From Eledone cirrhosa (lineage: Eukaryota): a DNA stretch of 64,000 bases. The translations under genes and the position numbers were made by a program. Below the pieces are notes generated by a model. The model worked only from the letters and a program-made list of their open reading frames with translations. It did not search any database and was not told the origin of the DNA. The DNA is taken from positions 1-64,000 of the forward strand of contig CAXHJY010001478.1 of NCBI GenBank assembly GCA_964016885.1. The letters are read 5' to 3'. This document shows, piece after piece, positions 23,628 through 36,084 of this stretch. The first letter of the stretch is position 1. Each line of letters begins with the position of its first letter.

Positions 23628-23768
23628 CTGTTTCTACTTTAGGCACAAGGCCAGCAATTTTACCAGTGCATTACTGGTACTTTATTTTATCGACCCGGTA
23701 AGGATGAAAGGCAAAGTCAATCTCGGCGGGATTTGAACTCAGATCGTAAAGGGACGTAACTATGCTGG
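23628..23768 (-). mobile_element. Partial tRNA-derived SINE
   Basis: tgtttctactttaggcacaaggccagc...gatttgaactcaga, same family as 20872-21055. Confidence 0.85.
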
Positions 23769-23936
23769 AATATATATATATTATATATATATATTATATA
23801 TATATAATATATATATATTATATATATATAATATATATAATATATATATATAATATATATAATATATATATATAATATATAATATATATATATAATATAT
23901 ATATATAATATATAATATATATATATAATATATAAT

Positions 23937-23968
<32 letters not shown>

Positions 23969-23970
23969 AT

Positions 23971-24017
<47 letters not shown>

Positions 24018-24573
24018 TATATAATATATATATATAATATATAAAACATATATATATAATATATATATATAATATATATATATATATAATATATATATAT
24101 AATATATAATATATATATAATATATATATATATATAATATATATATATAATATATAATATATATAATATATATATATAATATATAATATATATATATATA
24201 TATATAATATATATATATATAATATATATATATAATATATAATATATATATATATATATATATAATATATATATATTATATAATATATATATATATAATA
24301 TATATATGTAATATATATATATTATATATATATATATATAATATATATATATTATATATATATATATTATATATATATATTAATATATATATATATTATA
24401 TATATATATTATATATATATATTAATATATATATATATTATATATATATATTATATATATATATTAATATATATATATATTATATATATTATATAATATA
24501 TATATATATATTATATATATTATATAATATATATATATTATATATATATATTATATATATTATATATATATAT

Positions 24574-24620
<47 letters not shown>

Positions 24621-25468
24621 TATATATATATTATATATATATAAGATATATTATATAAATATATATATATTATATATAATATATATATATTATATATAAT
24701 ATATATATAATATATATATAATATATATATATAATATAAATATATAAAATATATATAATATATATAATATATATATAATATATATATGTAATATATATAT
24801 ATATTATATATATATACGTAATATATATATAATATATATATATATAATATAAATATATATAATATATATATATAATATATATATATATAATATATATATA
24901 ATATATATATATAATATAAATATATATTATATATAATATATATATATATAATATATATAATATATACTGTATATATTATATATATATATATAATATAAAT
25001 ATATATAATATATATCGTATATATTATATATATATAATATATATATATAATATAAATATATATTATATATAATATATATATATATATAATATATATAATA
25101 TATACTGTATATATTATATATATATATATAATATATATATATATATCGTATATATTATATATATATAATATATATATATTTATTAAAATAACAGATTAAA
25201 GTTTAAGCAAAGAATCGCTGCTTTCACCCTTATATATATATTATATATACGGTATATATTATATATATATATAATATATATATATATTCATATATATAAT
25301 ATATATATAATATATATATATAATATATATATAATATATATATATAATATATATATATAATATATATATAATATATATATATAATATATATATAATATAT
25401 ATATAATATATATATATAATATTTATATAATATATATATATAATATATATATATATATAATATATACC

Positions 25469-25520
<52 letters not shown>

Positions 25521-25860
25521 TATAATATATATATATATAAAATATATATATATATAATATATATATAATATATACCGTATATATTGTATATATATATAAT
25601 ATATATATATAATATATATATATATATATTATATATATATATATATAATATATATATATAATATATACCGTATATATTATATATATATATAATATATATA
25701 TAATATATACCGTATATATCATATATATAATATATGTTATATATATACACCGTATATATTATATATATAATATATGTTATATATATATACCGTATATATT
25801 ATATATATATATAATATATATATTATATATATAATATATATATATACATATATTTATATA

Positions 25861-25901
<41 letters not shown>

Positions 25902-25935
25902 TATATATAATATATATATAATATATATATATATA
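23769..25935. repeat. Degenerate (TA)n/(TAA) tract, ~2.1 kb
   Basis: Directly visible; contains a short non-repetitive insert at 25180-25232. Confidence 0.92.
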
Positions 25936-25937
25936 GA

Positions 25938-27800
25938 AAAAAAGATGAAATCGAAAATGCAACTGTCACGGGACCACCAACACGGCCAGTCTGTGGAGCT
26001 AACATTACTAGTAACTACAGACTATCCTACTTCCTCACCCTGATCATACCTCCCATCATTGAAATGTCCCCAGATGTATGTGACAGCACGGAGGACCTCC
26101 TCACCAGAATCGGCGGGAGTATCCGATGTAAGGACCTAACAAACTGCATAATAGGTAGTATGGATGTTGTGTCCCTGTATCCATCTATTGACGTGGATTT
26201 TGCTGTGGAGAAATGCGTAGAAATGATCAGTGAGATCAATGTTGAGTTCGGTGGGATTGATACCAGTGAGCTGGGACTCCTACTTAAACCTACCTATAGT
26301 AATAATTATCTAGACCTTAGCAACCTGTGTCCTACAAGACCAGCAAGAGGCAGACCACCTACCATTACCTCAATGGCCAAGAAAACCCACACAGATAGAT
26401 GGAACGAGTGGACCAGAGCCATACGGACCCCCGAAAACCACGATGAACTAAAGAAAATGATTGCACATGCGGTGGGGGCCAGCATAAAATTAACCCTTAA
26501 GGAACATATGTTCAAATTTAATAGAAAAACATATGCCCAAGAGGAGGGGCCAGCCATTGGTGTTAGCATTGCAGGCGACATAGCTAACTTATTCATGGCA
26601 TGGTGGGACAGTAGACTTAAACTTAAACAACAATTAGAGGACCCCTTAACCCTGATAATGTACTCCCGCTACGTTGGTGATATAAACATCGTAGTTAAAA
26701 CACCCCCACTAGAGAACAGTCAGGAACTAGAGAAAAACACAATGGAAAGCATCCAGCAAATTGCTAACGCCATCCACCAGAGTATTAGAGTTACTATAGT
26801 CTACCCAAGCAAACACCCCAACCACCGATTACCTGTACTAGACACAGAGCTTTGGTTAGATACCATTAATAACAAAAAACAAATCCTCCATTCCCATTAT
26901 GCCAAACCCATGACTTCCAAATATCTGATCCACCGAAACTCAGCTGTTTCGGACCATACCAAAATCAACATACTGATTGCGGATTTGGTACGGGTGATGA
27001 GAAACGTGTCCCGCATGTGCAACCCCGAAGAACTAGAGAGACACATACAACACTTCATCCACCGTATGCAGTTCTCTAGTTACAATCAGAGAGATAAAAT
27101 CAGAGTGTATAGAGGAGCCAGAACCAAATGGGAAAAAATGGTAAATAATGACACAAATGGGACCTGCCCCTTGTATAGGAGCAAATTTTGGAATAGAATA
27201 GAAGGAACTAGGAATAAGGCTAATAAAATAAACTCATGGTATGATAGCAATAAATACCAGAGTGTAATGTTCATCGATACAACCCCTAGAGGTGAATTAG
27301 CTTACAAATTTAGAAGGGCCCTAGATAAACATAAACTCAATATTAAGATAGTAGAAAGACCAGGTACCTCCATAAAAACACTTATTAGCAAGACATACCC
27401 TTTTCAAAGACCCCCCTGTATAGATAAGAAATGTATAACCTGTAAATTAAGCCCCCATATTAACTGTAAAACTAGAAATGTAGTATATAGTATAAGATGT
27501 ACTGAAGGACAATGTAGAGATAAAAATATAGTGTATATAGGTGAGACAGCTCGTAGTGTAGGGGAACGGATAAATGAACACTGGCGAGACCTTCAAGATA
27601 GTAAATAATCATCTGTACTCTACCAACATGCTAAAATAGAACATAAGGGTAAATTAGAGAACATAGAAATAAAAATAGAATCTACACACAGAAAAGACGC
27701 AATGTTTAGACAAACCACAGAGGCAATAAACATAAAAGAATTACAACCAAAATTAAATAGAATACATGCGTGGAACAGCAACATGACAACTTACAATTAA
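25938..27800 (+). pseudogene. Penelope-type reverse transcriptase + Cys-rich linker + GIY-YIG endonuclease, inactivated
   Basis: The frame opens upstream of the annotated Met (GPPTRPVCGA). Motifs: SMDVVSLYPSI, YAQEEGPAIG, RYVGD (for RYVDD), LPVLDTELW, HYAKP, CIDKKCITC...C, VVYSIRC...YIGETARSVGERINEH. After the in-frame TAA at 27606-27608 the frame continues with SSVLYQH...RQTTEAINI...LNR..W to TAA 27798-27800. Confidence 0.9.
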
Positions 27801-28001
27801 GGACAAAATGAAAACACACACGCACATAGAACAAACAACCAACCAGTAACATGTAAATAAACAAATAAATAAACGAATATAAACACACACAGACCCCCGG
27901 ATGTGGCGCATGCGCAGACTGAGCACACAAAACACACACAGAAACAAGATGGCGTAGGACAGAACAAAGGAGAGGCACAAAAACAAAGAAAAGAATCCCC
28001 A

Positions 28002-28044
28002 GTCACTGAAGAGGTCACAGAATGTGTGACGAAAGAACTTTGAC
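28002..28044 (+). ncRNA. Minimal type I hammerhead in the Penelope 3' UTR/pLTR
   Basis: gtca-CTGAAGA-g-gtcaca gaatg tgtgac-GAAA-gaac-TT-tgac. Stem I gtca/tgac, stem II gtcaca/tgtgac with one extra G, very short stem III; position as expected for PLE hammerheads. Confidence 0.7.
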
Positions 28045-28254
28045 AATATATAAACAACCATCTGGTTGTGGAACCAACCAACCAACCGGAAATTTATAAA
28101 TTCCAAAATTTATAAATTTATTATAATAAATTGAAGTGAAAGCAACTGGTGCGTGTGTTTCTTATTGGCAACATGACCCTCCCAAAGTACAACAATATCG
28201 GTTTCAACACACGTTTTCAGATAAAGGATCTTGCTAAACAAATTCAGAAACGAA

Positions 28255-28285
<31 letters not shown>

Positions 28286-28414
28286 AATATCCCCCATCTG
28301 TGATAAAAATAAACCATACCGTTTCTTTACATAAGCACCAGAACACATTGATCACATACACACACATACATATACACACGTCTGTGTGTATATATATATA
28401 TACACGTCTGTGTG

Positions 28415-28450
<36 letters not shown>

Positions 28451-29498
28451 AAAGAATAGAGGTGTAACACACAAGTTATTATATATAAATTATATATTAT
28501 ATAAAAACAGGTAGAATTCCCAAAACTAATCAGATCAGAGCAAACAACACGGACGCTCTATCTCAAAATTATTTTTGAAAAGCATTTAGAAATGCGCTAC
28601 CGGTAAAAACTTAAAACCAAAACTGAATACTCTTTTATTCCTAATTAAACCATTTTTCAACTGTGAACAATTTGTCAGCATTTTCTATTCCGTTTACCAA
28701 TATATATATATATATCATAGATTGAGTTAGAAACCCAAAATAGTCTTTTACAATTAAATAGCTCAAGGAAGGGTATCTTTCCGAGCCGTGTAATACAATT
28801 GAATATATGAGAGGGATGAGCACCGATACAAGTATACATGTGTTCAAATTGCAAATGACCAAGTCAGCTAGGTTGAAAAAATACTAATTTAAAACAATAT
28901 GGTTTGCCTGTCTCGATTTAAAGTAATAAATCAATAAAAATAACAAACCTATATATTTATCTATCTATCTATATATATATATTTATATATATATATATAT
29001 ATATATATTATAACCAGAAACACAAACATATATATATATACACACTCATATGTAACAGAGTAATAGATAGTTAGATTGAAAAAAGATAAGGAGAGAGAGC
29101 GTGCGGGAAGTGGGGAGAGAAAAGACTTTGCATTAATGAATCAGTGTCTAGAAGCGCTAATTCTGTTAAAGAAAGTTAAGTCACGCAAAGTGATTTCTTG
29201 TTCTTAACTTTCTATATATCTTACCATAGCAAACAATTTATGTACTCATTTTGTTTCACGGGAAAAGACAACAAAACAAGCAGATTCATTATTATTGTTA
29301 TTAGTAATAGCAGTTGTAATATTAGTAGTGGTGTATCTGGTAAATTTTTTTTCAAGTTCACTACATTGTAATATTTCCTCCCTAACACCCACACACAAAT
29401 ACATGCACACACAACCTTATATATATATAACTCCTACATATAAAAATATACACATACATACACACACACATATATATATATATACGTACATAAATAAA

Positions 29499-29530
<32 letters not shown>

Positions 29531-29536
<6 letters not shown>

Positions 29537-29917
29537 AAGTTAAATAAAAGTCAAATGATTAAAATTTAGCTTCGTTTATTACTGCTATATATATTTCAGT
29601 GACAGCCATCTTTGGCTGTGACCTCTTCAGGCAGTTTGAATTAGTATGGTATAGACAAGTACATATGTTGTACCTCAACAACATATGTACTTGTCTATAC
29701 CATACTAATTCAAACTGCCTGAAGAGGTCACAGCCAAAGATGGCTGTCACTGAAATATATATAGCAGTAATAAACGAAGCTAAATTTTAATCATTTGACT
29801 TTTATTTAACTTCATTTTACACTACTCCGGAGTAACCAAACCAACCTGCGCACTTCGTCGAGTGCTCCAGCCTGCATACTGAGGTGTTGGTATACAACCA
29901 ACATAAACTAAAAATCT
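29531..29917 (+). mobile_element. Hammerhead element in (TA)n: ~140-bp-arm fold-back (29531-29818) plus unpaired 3' tail
   Basis: Arms 29531-29670 and 29679-29818 are near-perfect, which is why the ORF track shows near-identical ORFs on both strands; (TA)n on both sides. Confidence 0.85.
29714..29768 (+). ncRNA. Type I hammerhead ribozyme (mirror copy on the minus strand at ~29581-29635)
   Basis: actgc-CTGAAGA-ggtcacagcc aaagat ggctgtcact-GAAA-tatata-TA-gcagt. Stem I actgc/gcagt, ~9-bp stem II, palindromic AU stem III. Confidence 0.78.
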
Positions 29918-30044
29918 ATATATATATGTATAGGAAGCTTCTGATGCCAACTAAATCCAGTCACTATATTTTCCACAAATAGCTATTTACTACTTTCAAA
30001 CAATATCATTTAAAGTCTTGATTTATCATTTCACTGCTAGTATT

Positions 30045-30231
30045 TGGCTGGATTGGCAGTATCGGTAGAGGGTCGGACGCCATGCTTTGACGTATAGAGT
30101 TACGGCCCTTGCCATTCTGAGTTCAAATCCCGCCGAGGTTAACTTTGCCTTTCATCCTTACGGGGTCGATAAAATAAAGTACCAGTAATGCACTGGGTAA
30201 TTGCTGGCCTTGTGCCAAAAGTAGAAACAAT
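30045..30231 (+). mobile_element. Near full-length tRNA-derived SINE
   Basis: A-box tggcagtatcgg, B-box gagttcaaatccc, body ctttgcctttcatccttacggggtcgataaaataaagtaccag, 3' end gccttgtgccaaaagtagaaacaatt; many copies in the window. Confidence 0.9.
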
Positions 30232-30469
30232 TATTTGGCTTCTTAGAGTAGAAAAATCGTATTTCAGCATAAGTTCTATTGGCTAAATACGAGAAAAAGG
30301 CAGAGCAAAAAAGAGAAAGAAAGAAAAAGAACGAAAAGAAAGAAAAGTATTGGAGGTGAGGATTGGAGTACAACATACTCTACACTTCCAGCAGCGTTGG
30401 GAATGACAGGTTTGAGAAAATCTGTCAGATGTTAAAGAGAATGCTATAATTAGGAATAAAGGAGGTAAA

Positions 30470-30762
30470 GAGCCCCTTCAGTCACGAATAACTATGGAAT
30501 TTGCACCTAGAATGTTTCCTTTCCTAGACTCAAATCTGCGCAAGATGTTTTTGTGGAAGACTACCAGTTGTCCTTGCTATCCAGTTCACCTCTTCTCGCC
30601 ACCAATGTTGTCCAAGGAAAATGCTACGTCCGACTATTTCTACAGCTGAGTAAACTGGAGCAACGTGAAATGAAGTGTCTTGCTTAATGACGGAACGCAT
30701 CGCCCAGTGCGAAAATCGTGCTCACAACTTCACGATTGTAAATCCGACATTCTAACCACTAA
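30470..30762 (-). mobile_element. Second tRNA-derived SINE family (CORE-like central block), degenerate
   Basis: cagctgagtaaactggagcaacgtgaaatgaagtgtcttgct block shared with 47593-48028 and ~56330-56545. Confidence 0.7.
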
Positions 30763-33463
30763 AACAATATTAAGGTTACATTTATTACTTGTATTAATTT
30801 GAGGATTTGGGACATTGATGTTCCCTTTAGCTAAGTATATTGTACTAAACACTTTATTTCTGTATGTGCAGATTTTGTCACCTTCTTACACTGCTAAAGG
30901 TGCCGAAATTTAGCTTGCCCGATGCTCAGGTGCGTCTGTCAGTTCCTTACCATCACTCGTAATTGTCATCACTTCTCCATTACACGTTCATGTAAATCAG
31001 TGATTCCCAAATTGGGCGCTGAGAGACTCAAGAGGGACACTGGAAGGCAAGGAGTTGTAGTTGAGGGCATTGGAAGGCAAGGAGAGGAGAGGGGAAGGAG
31101 GAAACAGACAAAGAATAAAACTTAGTTGTTACTCGTAAAGCTGTCACCTATAAAGGATTCAATAAAAGCTTATAAAAGTAAATGAAAGTTATCAATGAAG
31201 AATTTTTGATCAACCTTTTACAAGCGTGTATGAGTGTACGTGCATGCGTGTGTGCATGTATGTGGTTTTGATAAAAGATATTCTTTAAAAGAGGGTGGTA
31301 GTTTCTAAAAGGGTGGGAAACAATGATATAGGTTATGTGTGTGTATGTATGTATGTGTGTGTTATTTCATGGTGGATGATAAAATGTATCTGTTCGATCA
31401 AGTAGGAGAAATTATCTTTCAATTCATACTAAAATATATCTAAAGGTAAAACATTCTTTCTTTAAAATATCACTGCATACTTGTTTTATATTACAGCAAG
31501 AATTATTTCCACGCTTGTTTATATTCATGGATATTTCAGATTTTATAACCACAAGCTTCTATATCGTAAAAACAAACCTTAAAACTAAGGATATAAGATA
31601 TTCAATTCTATATCAGTTTGTAAAAAAATGAATAAAATATAAGTGCTATGCATCGTCACAGCTATTTCTCTAACAAAAAATATATAAATTTTCATGAAAC
31701 ATTTCTTTTTTAACTTACGCACGATATTATGTATTTGAGGTGAAGCTGATATTATTAAAGAAACTAACAATCCACAGTAATAAAACGTGACATGATAATA
31801 CATACAGACACATACATACCCTCTCTCTCAAAAGAAATGTGTTGACACCATTGATGCAATCGATGAATTGACAAATATATAAAGTATATTCTTGTGATAT
31901 TCAAAACATAATGCCATAATAAAATAAAAATAAATGAATAAAACTTAACTGGAAATCACTTTTTATGTGTATAATATTTTCTAAAGCATAGTGTAACAAA
32001 AATTGGTATACTAAATTTCAATGTTCTAGAAAATTATTTTTGATATTTACTATCAAAATTCATGAAGACTATTAATATTCTTTTCTATTTCACCAGAAAA
32101 AATATATGTGTTAATATCATGGTTTACTTAACCTTAAGTTATTCCAGAAACAATTTGAAAGGATATTATAGATGACAGAATTCTTGATAATGTGTTTTAC
32201 TTGATATAAGTTAACCTGAGATTATCATAGCTGGTTTAATTGGAAACGGTTTCGAACTACCAGACTATGTGAACGATGGGGACATGTACCTCACTTGAAA
32301 TGAAATTTACTGTTCACTCCTATGCAGGCTTAGCGTGACTCCTACACACTTCTTTCCCACACAGCCATACTTAAGCTTCTTCTCTGAAGGCATTCTCTGG
32401 TACAGCTCTCTCTGGAGTTACTTGTTGCTGTTATTTGTAATGACTTTGTTAGAATAGTAAAGACAGCGCCCGTAAGATTCTGTCTATTGTCAAATTTCAC
32501 TCAAACTAAGTCAAAGATAGAAGACATTTCATGAAGGTGTCACCTGCTGGTATCGTACACGAACCTATATAGCTACGAAGCTGTTTTAAACCAAACAGCC
32601 ATACTTTTTTATATTATTATTATCAACGCAGTAAAAGCAATTAATGACAGTGCAAGCTAATAGAATCAGAAAATACACCCAGAAAGCCGCTCATCCCATA
32701 TACAGGCGCACACATACACAATGTAAAGACACACACACAATGTAAAGACACACATGGTGAAAATTATTAATTTCATGTTGCAATAAATGGGATCATTGAA
32801 CGTATGAAAGAACAACAAAAAGAAACACAACAAAAGAGAAAATAGAATTTTAAAATATAGCCTGGAGGTACAATCTATAAAGCTATAAAATGTTCTTTTT
32901 ACTTAAAAAAGAAAATTTAAATTACAAAAATTAAACATTTTAGAAAAGAACGTAATTATCGCTAAATATTTGTTAATCTTATAATGTAAATCCCGCAGCT
33001 TTTAATTCGATGGTTCCTCTTGACATTCAGCTTTTAAACGGAAAAATACGTGTGATATTGTGTAAGTGAATGAAATAATTGTGGCAATAAATGATGGCAG
33101 ATGTTTATTAAATGGACGAATATTAAAAAAAAATTGTATCTGAACTCTTACGTGAAAACAATTTACGATTTCTTGTATCGTTTATGTTGATCTATTATCA
33201 TTACTATTGTTATTGACAATGGTACAGCAATATGATTGAATAATTGATAATTGAAAAAGAATGATGATTGCAGAAGAAAACAAAAAAACGGAAAGAAAGA
33301 ATAGGGTAGAAGTGGTGGTGGGGTGGATAGAGAATAGGATTATATGAAAGAATGATAAGGAGTAAGAAAGAGGAAAGAAAGAAAGGGAGATGAAAAAGAA
33401 ATAAAGCAGAAATGAATGAGTACAAAGAGGAAGAAAGATAAACAGGGACAAATGATAGAGGTG

Positions 33464-33776
33464 ATTGCAGATTCTCTGAGATTATGAAGATAATTTGTTT
33501 CCAATACAATCCCCTCATTAAAGAATCTGTTGAATTAAATAACGTCATAAAACAGAGGAAGAAGAAATGAATCTGATTCGGTAGAAAATTACATTATCTA
33601 AGAATACATCGCTTCATTATACAGTAGAATTTGTTACGTTGTATAACATAACTGTTTCTACTTTTGGCACAAGGCCAGCAATTACCCAGTGTATTACTGG
33701 TACTTTATTTTATCGACCCCGTAAGGATGAAAGGCAAAGTTAACCTTGGCGGAATTTGAACTCAGAATTGAAAGGG
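33464..33776 (-). repeat. Copy of 20684-~20995 (about 190 bp unique flank plus truncated SINE)
   Basis: attgcagattctctgagattatgaagataatttg...gtataacataactgtttctac...gaactcagaat is nearly identical at both loci. Confidence 0.9.
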
Positions 33777-33806
33777 CTATAATATAATAAATTAAATAAT
33801 CAGAGC

Positions 33807-34242
33807 TATATATCATAAAACATGTCTATAGAATCACCAGATAAAATATATACCATTTTCTCTCCCAATTAGCATAATTAACTATATAAAAAATCGAATA
33901 GACCAGGCTATAAGAATAAGGCTTCTATGAAGAAATCTCCAACAAATAACCGAAACTAGCCCTTCGCGTCGGCCGCAACGGAATATTTATCGAATATTTC
34001 GACAGCGTAATCGCCCAGATACAGTCAATTAAACAGAATTACGCTGTCGAAATATTCGATAAATATTCCGTTGCGGCCGACGCGAAGGGCTAGTTTCGGT
34101 TATTTGTTGGAGATTTCTTCATAGAAGCCTTATTCTTATAGCCTGGTCTATTCGATTTTTTATATAGTTAATTATGCTAATTGGGAGAGAAAATGGTATA
34201 TATTTTATCTGGTGATTCTATAGACATGTTTTATGATATATA
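33807..34242. repeat. Perfect fold-back palindrome, ~205-bp arms, 26-nt spacer, ending in (TA)n
   Basis: Arms 33807-34011 and 34038-34242 read as exact reverse complements. Confidence 0.92.
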
Positions 34243-34359
34243 TATATATAACTATACATATATATATAAATATTCTCCTTACTATACTTGCTTTCATATT
34301 TCTCCTTGCTCCCCTTTTCTCCTTGTATTTGTATATAATCAAGTACATAGATACAAGTA

Positions 34360-34700
34360 GTAAAGAAGAGCAATGAGAAAAGGAGAGCAAGGAGAAAAGG
34401 AGAGCAATGAGAAAGAGAGATCAAGGAGAAAAGGAGAGCACGGATAAAATGAGAGCAAGGAGAGCACGAATAAAATGATTAGCAAGGAGAGCACGGATAA
34501 AATGAGAGCAAGGAGAGCACGGATAAAATGAGAGCAAGGAGAGCACGGATAAAATGAGAGCAAGGAGAGCAAGGATAAAAGGAGAGCAAGGAGAGCAAAG
34601 AGTGCAATGAGGACAAGGAAAGAAATGAGAAAAGGAGAGCAAGGATAAAAGGAGAGCAAGGATAAAAGGAGAGCAAGGATAAAAGGAGAGCAAGGAGAGG
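34360..34700. repeat. Purine-rich minisatellite (ggataaaatgagagcaaggagagcac and variants)
   Basis: Tandem 17-26 bp units visible. Confidence 0.85.
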
Positions 34701-34789
34701 CTAAGGGAAATATTGCTCAAGTTATGTTGGAAGCAAACAAAGGTGAAGAAGATTAAGAAGAAAAAAAAAATCAACTGAAGAGGTACATT

Positions 34790-35535
34790 CTGCACCAAAA
34801 TGACTTTTCTTCCTTTACAAACATCGAGTTTTCGTCCTTTGTAACTCCTGGTACAAAAACTTTCTTCACGAGATTTTCTATCAGCACTGACCCTTCAACA
34901 TGGATGGATGATCCTGGTTACAAAAGTGGACTTGAAAAACTTGAGAAGACAGTTGTTGTGAATGATGTTGCAGAAAGAGGTGTCAAACTCATTCAGGATT
35001 ACAATAACATTCTCACAAAAGATGTAACTGAGAAACAATTTGTTTTACAGAACGTTACCGAAAACCGTAAAACATACCCAACTGCTACTAAATCCTCTCT
35101 TATGCAAAAATAGTGTTCAGTGTTCTTGATTCTATAGAAATTATTGTTGTACATAAAAATGCGTTTCTATTATAGATGTTGTGTGCTTTATTAAGAAAAC
35201 CTAGCATTTCTTAAGTTTTTCATGTTATTTCAGGAACTTATATTAACTATTGGTAAATTTGATACAGAACGTTTTTAAACATTTGCTGGGGTTGCCTGGA
35301 TGTGCCCACATAAATTTCTCTAAGAAGAACAAAGATAATTGTCGAGATAGGGGACAATATACCGCTTTAGAACAGAATTAATCGTTGCGTATACTATGTT
35401 CCAGCTTAAGGTGTTTGAGGGTCGCTTAACAGTTGTCCGATTCAGCTGAAATTTTGCACACACCGCTCTTTTGTTGATTGAAACAGGATTATCTATTGCT
35501 TTTGGCAAATTACCTATTGCTAAATGCCACCCTAA
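34790..35535 (+). mobile_element. 3' remnant of a hATm-like DNA transposon (transposase C-terminus and right terminus)
   Basis: ORF 34904..35113 has VVNDVAERGVKLIQDY, a hAT-like C-terminal motif. Subterminal ccgattcagctgaaattttgcaca; terminus caccctaa (TAGGGTG on the other strand) abuts (TA)n. Confidence 0.65.
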
Positions 35536-35631
35536 TATATATATATATATATCAAAAGAATAAAAGAATAAAATCATAAAATCATTCCCAAATTCTCTTT
35601 ACAAAAATTGAATAGTAAATTAAATACTTAC

Positions 35632-35709
35632 ATGTTTAATTTCCATCAGGAGCGGTTTGTTTATAGTTATGCAAGCCCTATTGATCTTCTTTATGGCTAC
35701 AATAGATCC
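35632..35709 (-). CDS. Exon of receptor guanylyl cyclase: GSIVAIKKINRACITINKPLLMEIKH
   Basis: Minus strand: ttttatacag acceptor, 78 nt phase-0 exon, gtaagt donor. Equivalent to the G..VAVK.....I.L....L.ELKH exon that precedes the MRD exon in NPR-type cyclases. Confidence 0.92.
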
Positions 35710-36084
35710 CTGTATAAAATAATGTAATGAATCAGTTTGGTTATTTAGTACGTACGTTCAAACATTTACACGTGCCTTCGTACAAAAAGTCAAATCCATT
35801 CGTTCAAATATAATTTAGAGAGTGAAAGAGACAAGAGTAAATGTAATAATAGGAAAAACCCAACGAAGGAATCTCTACCTGAATAAAGGCGCCCTCTACC
35901 GAGCGAAAGATCAAGCCTCTATATTCTCGCTGAACTTATTTAAATCGTAGAAAAAACTGCATCCTCTCACAACCATTATGATAATTACTGGGTGTTCTGC
36001 TGCATGCAAACAAGACCTACAGTATTTTCTAGGGCAGTCATTTGTAGAAGAGCAATTTGAGATTTAACGTTTATTAGCATAAGA

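Larger units (their letters stand above)
25936..28255 (+). mobile_element. 5'-truncated Penelope-like retroelement (Naiad/Chlamys-like), flanked by (TA)n
   Basis: RT + GIY-YIG ORF, 3' UTR with a hammerhead motif at 28002-28044, and TA microsatellite at both ends. Confidence 0.88.

Noticed and set aside
27606-27608. In-frame stop in the PLE as selenocysteine recoding
   Set aside because: The codon is TAA, not TGA; no in-frame TGA in the preserved ORF and no convincing SECIS by eye.
29559-29790. Near-identical 63-aa ORFs on both strands
   Set aside because: A consequence of the DNA palindrome; no protein motif.
30045-30135. A-box/B-box sequence as a tRNA gene
   Set aside because: No cloverleaf; it continues into a multicopy SINE body.
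34774-34806. ctgaagaggt...acc-aaaa hammerhead-like string
   Set aside because: No GAAA, no stem I or III; lies at the edge of the hATm-like remnant.
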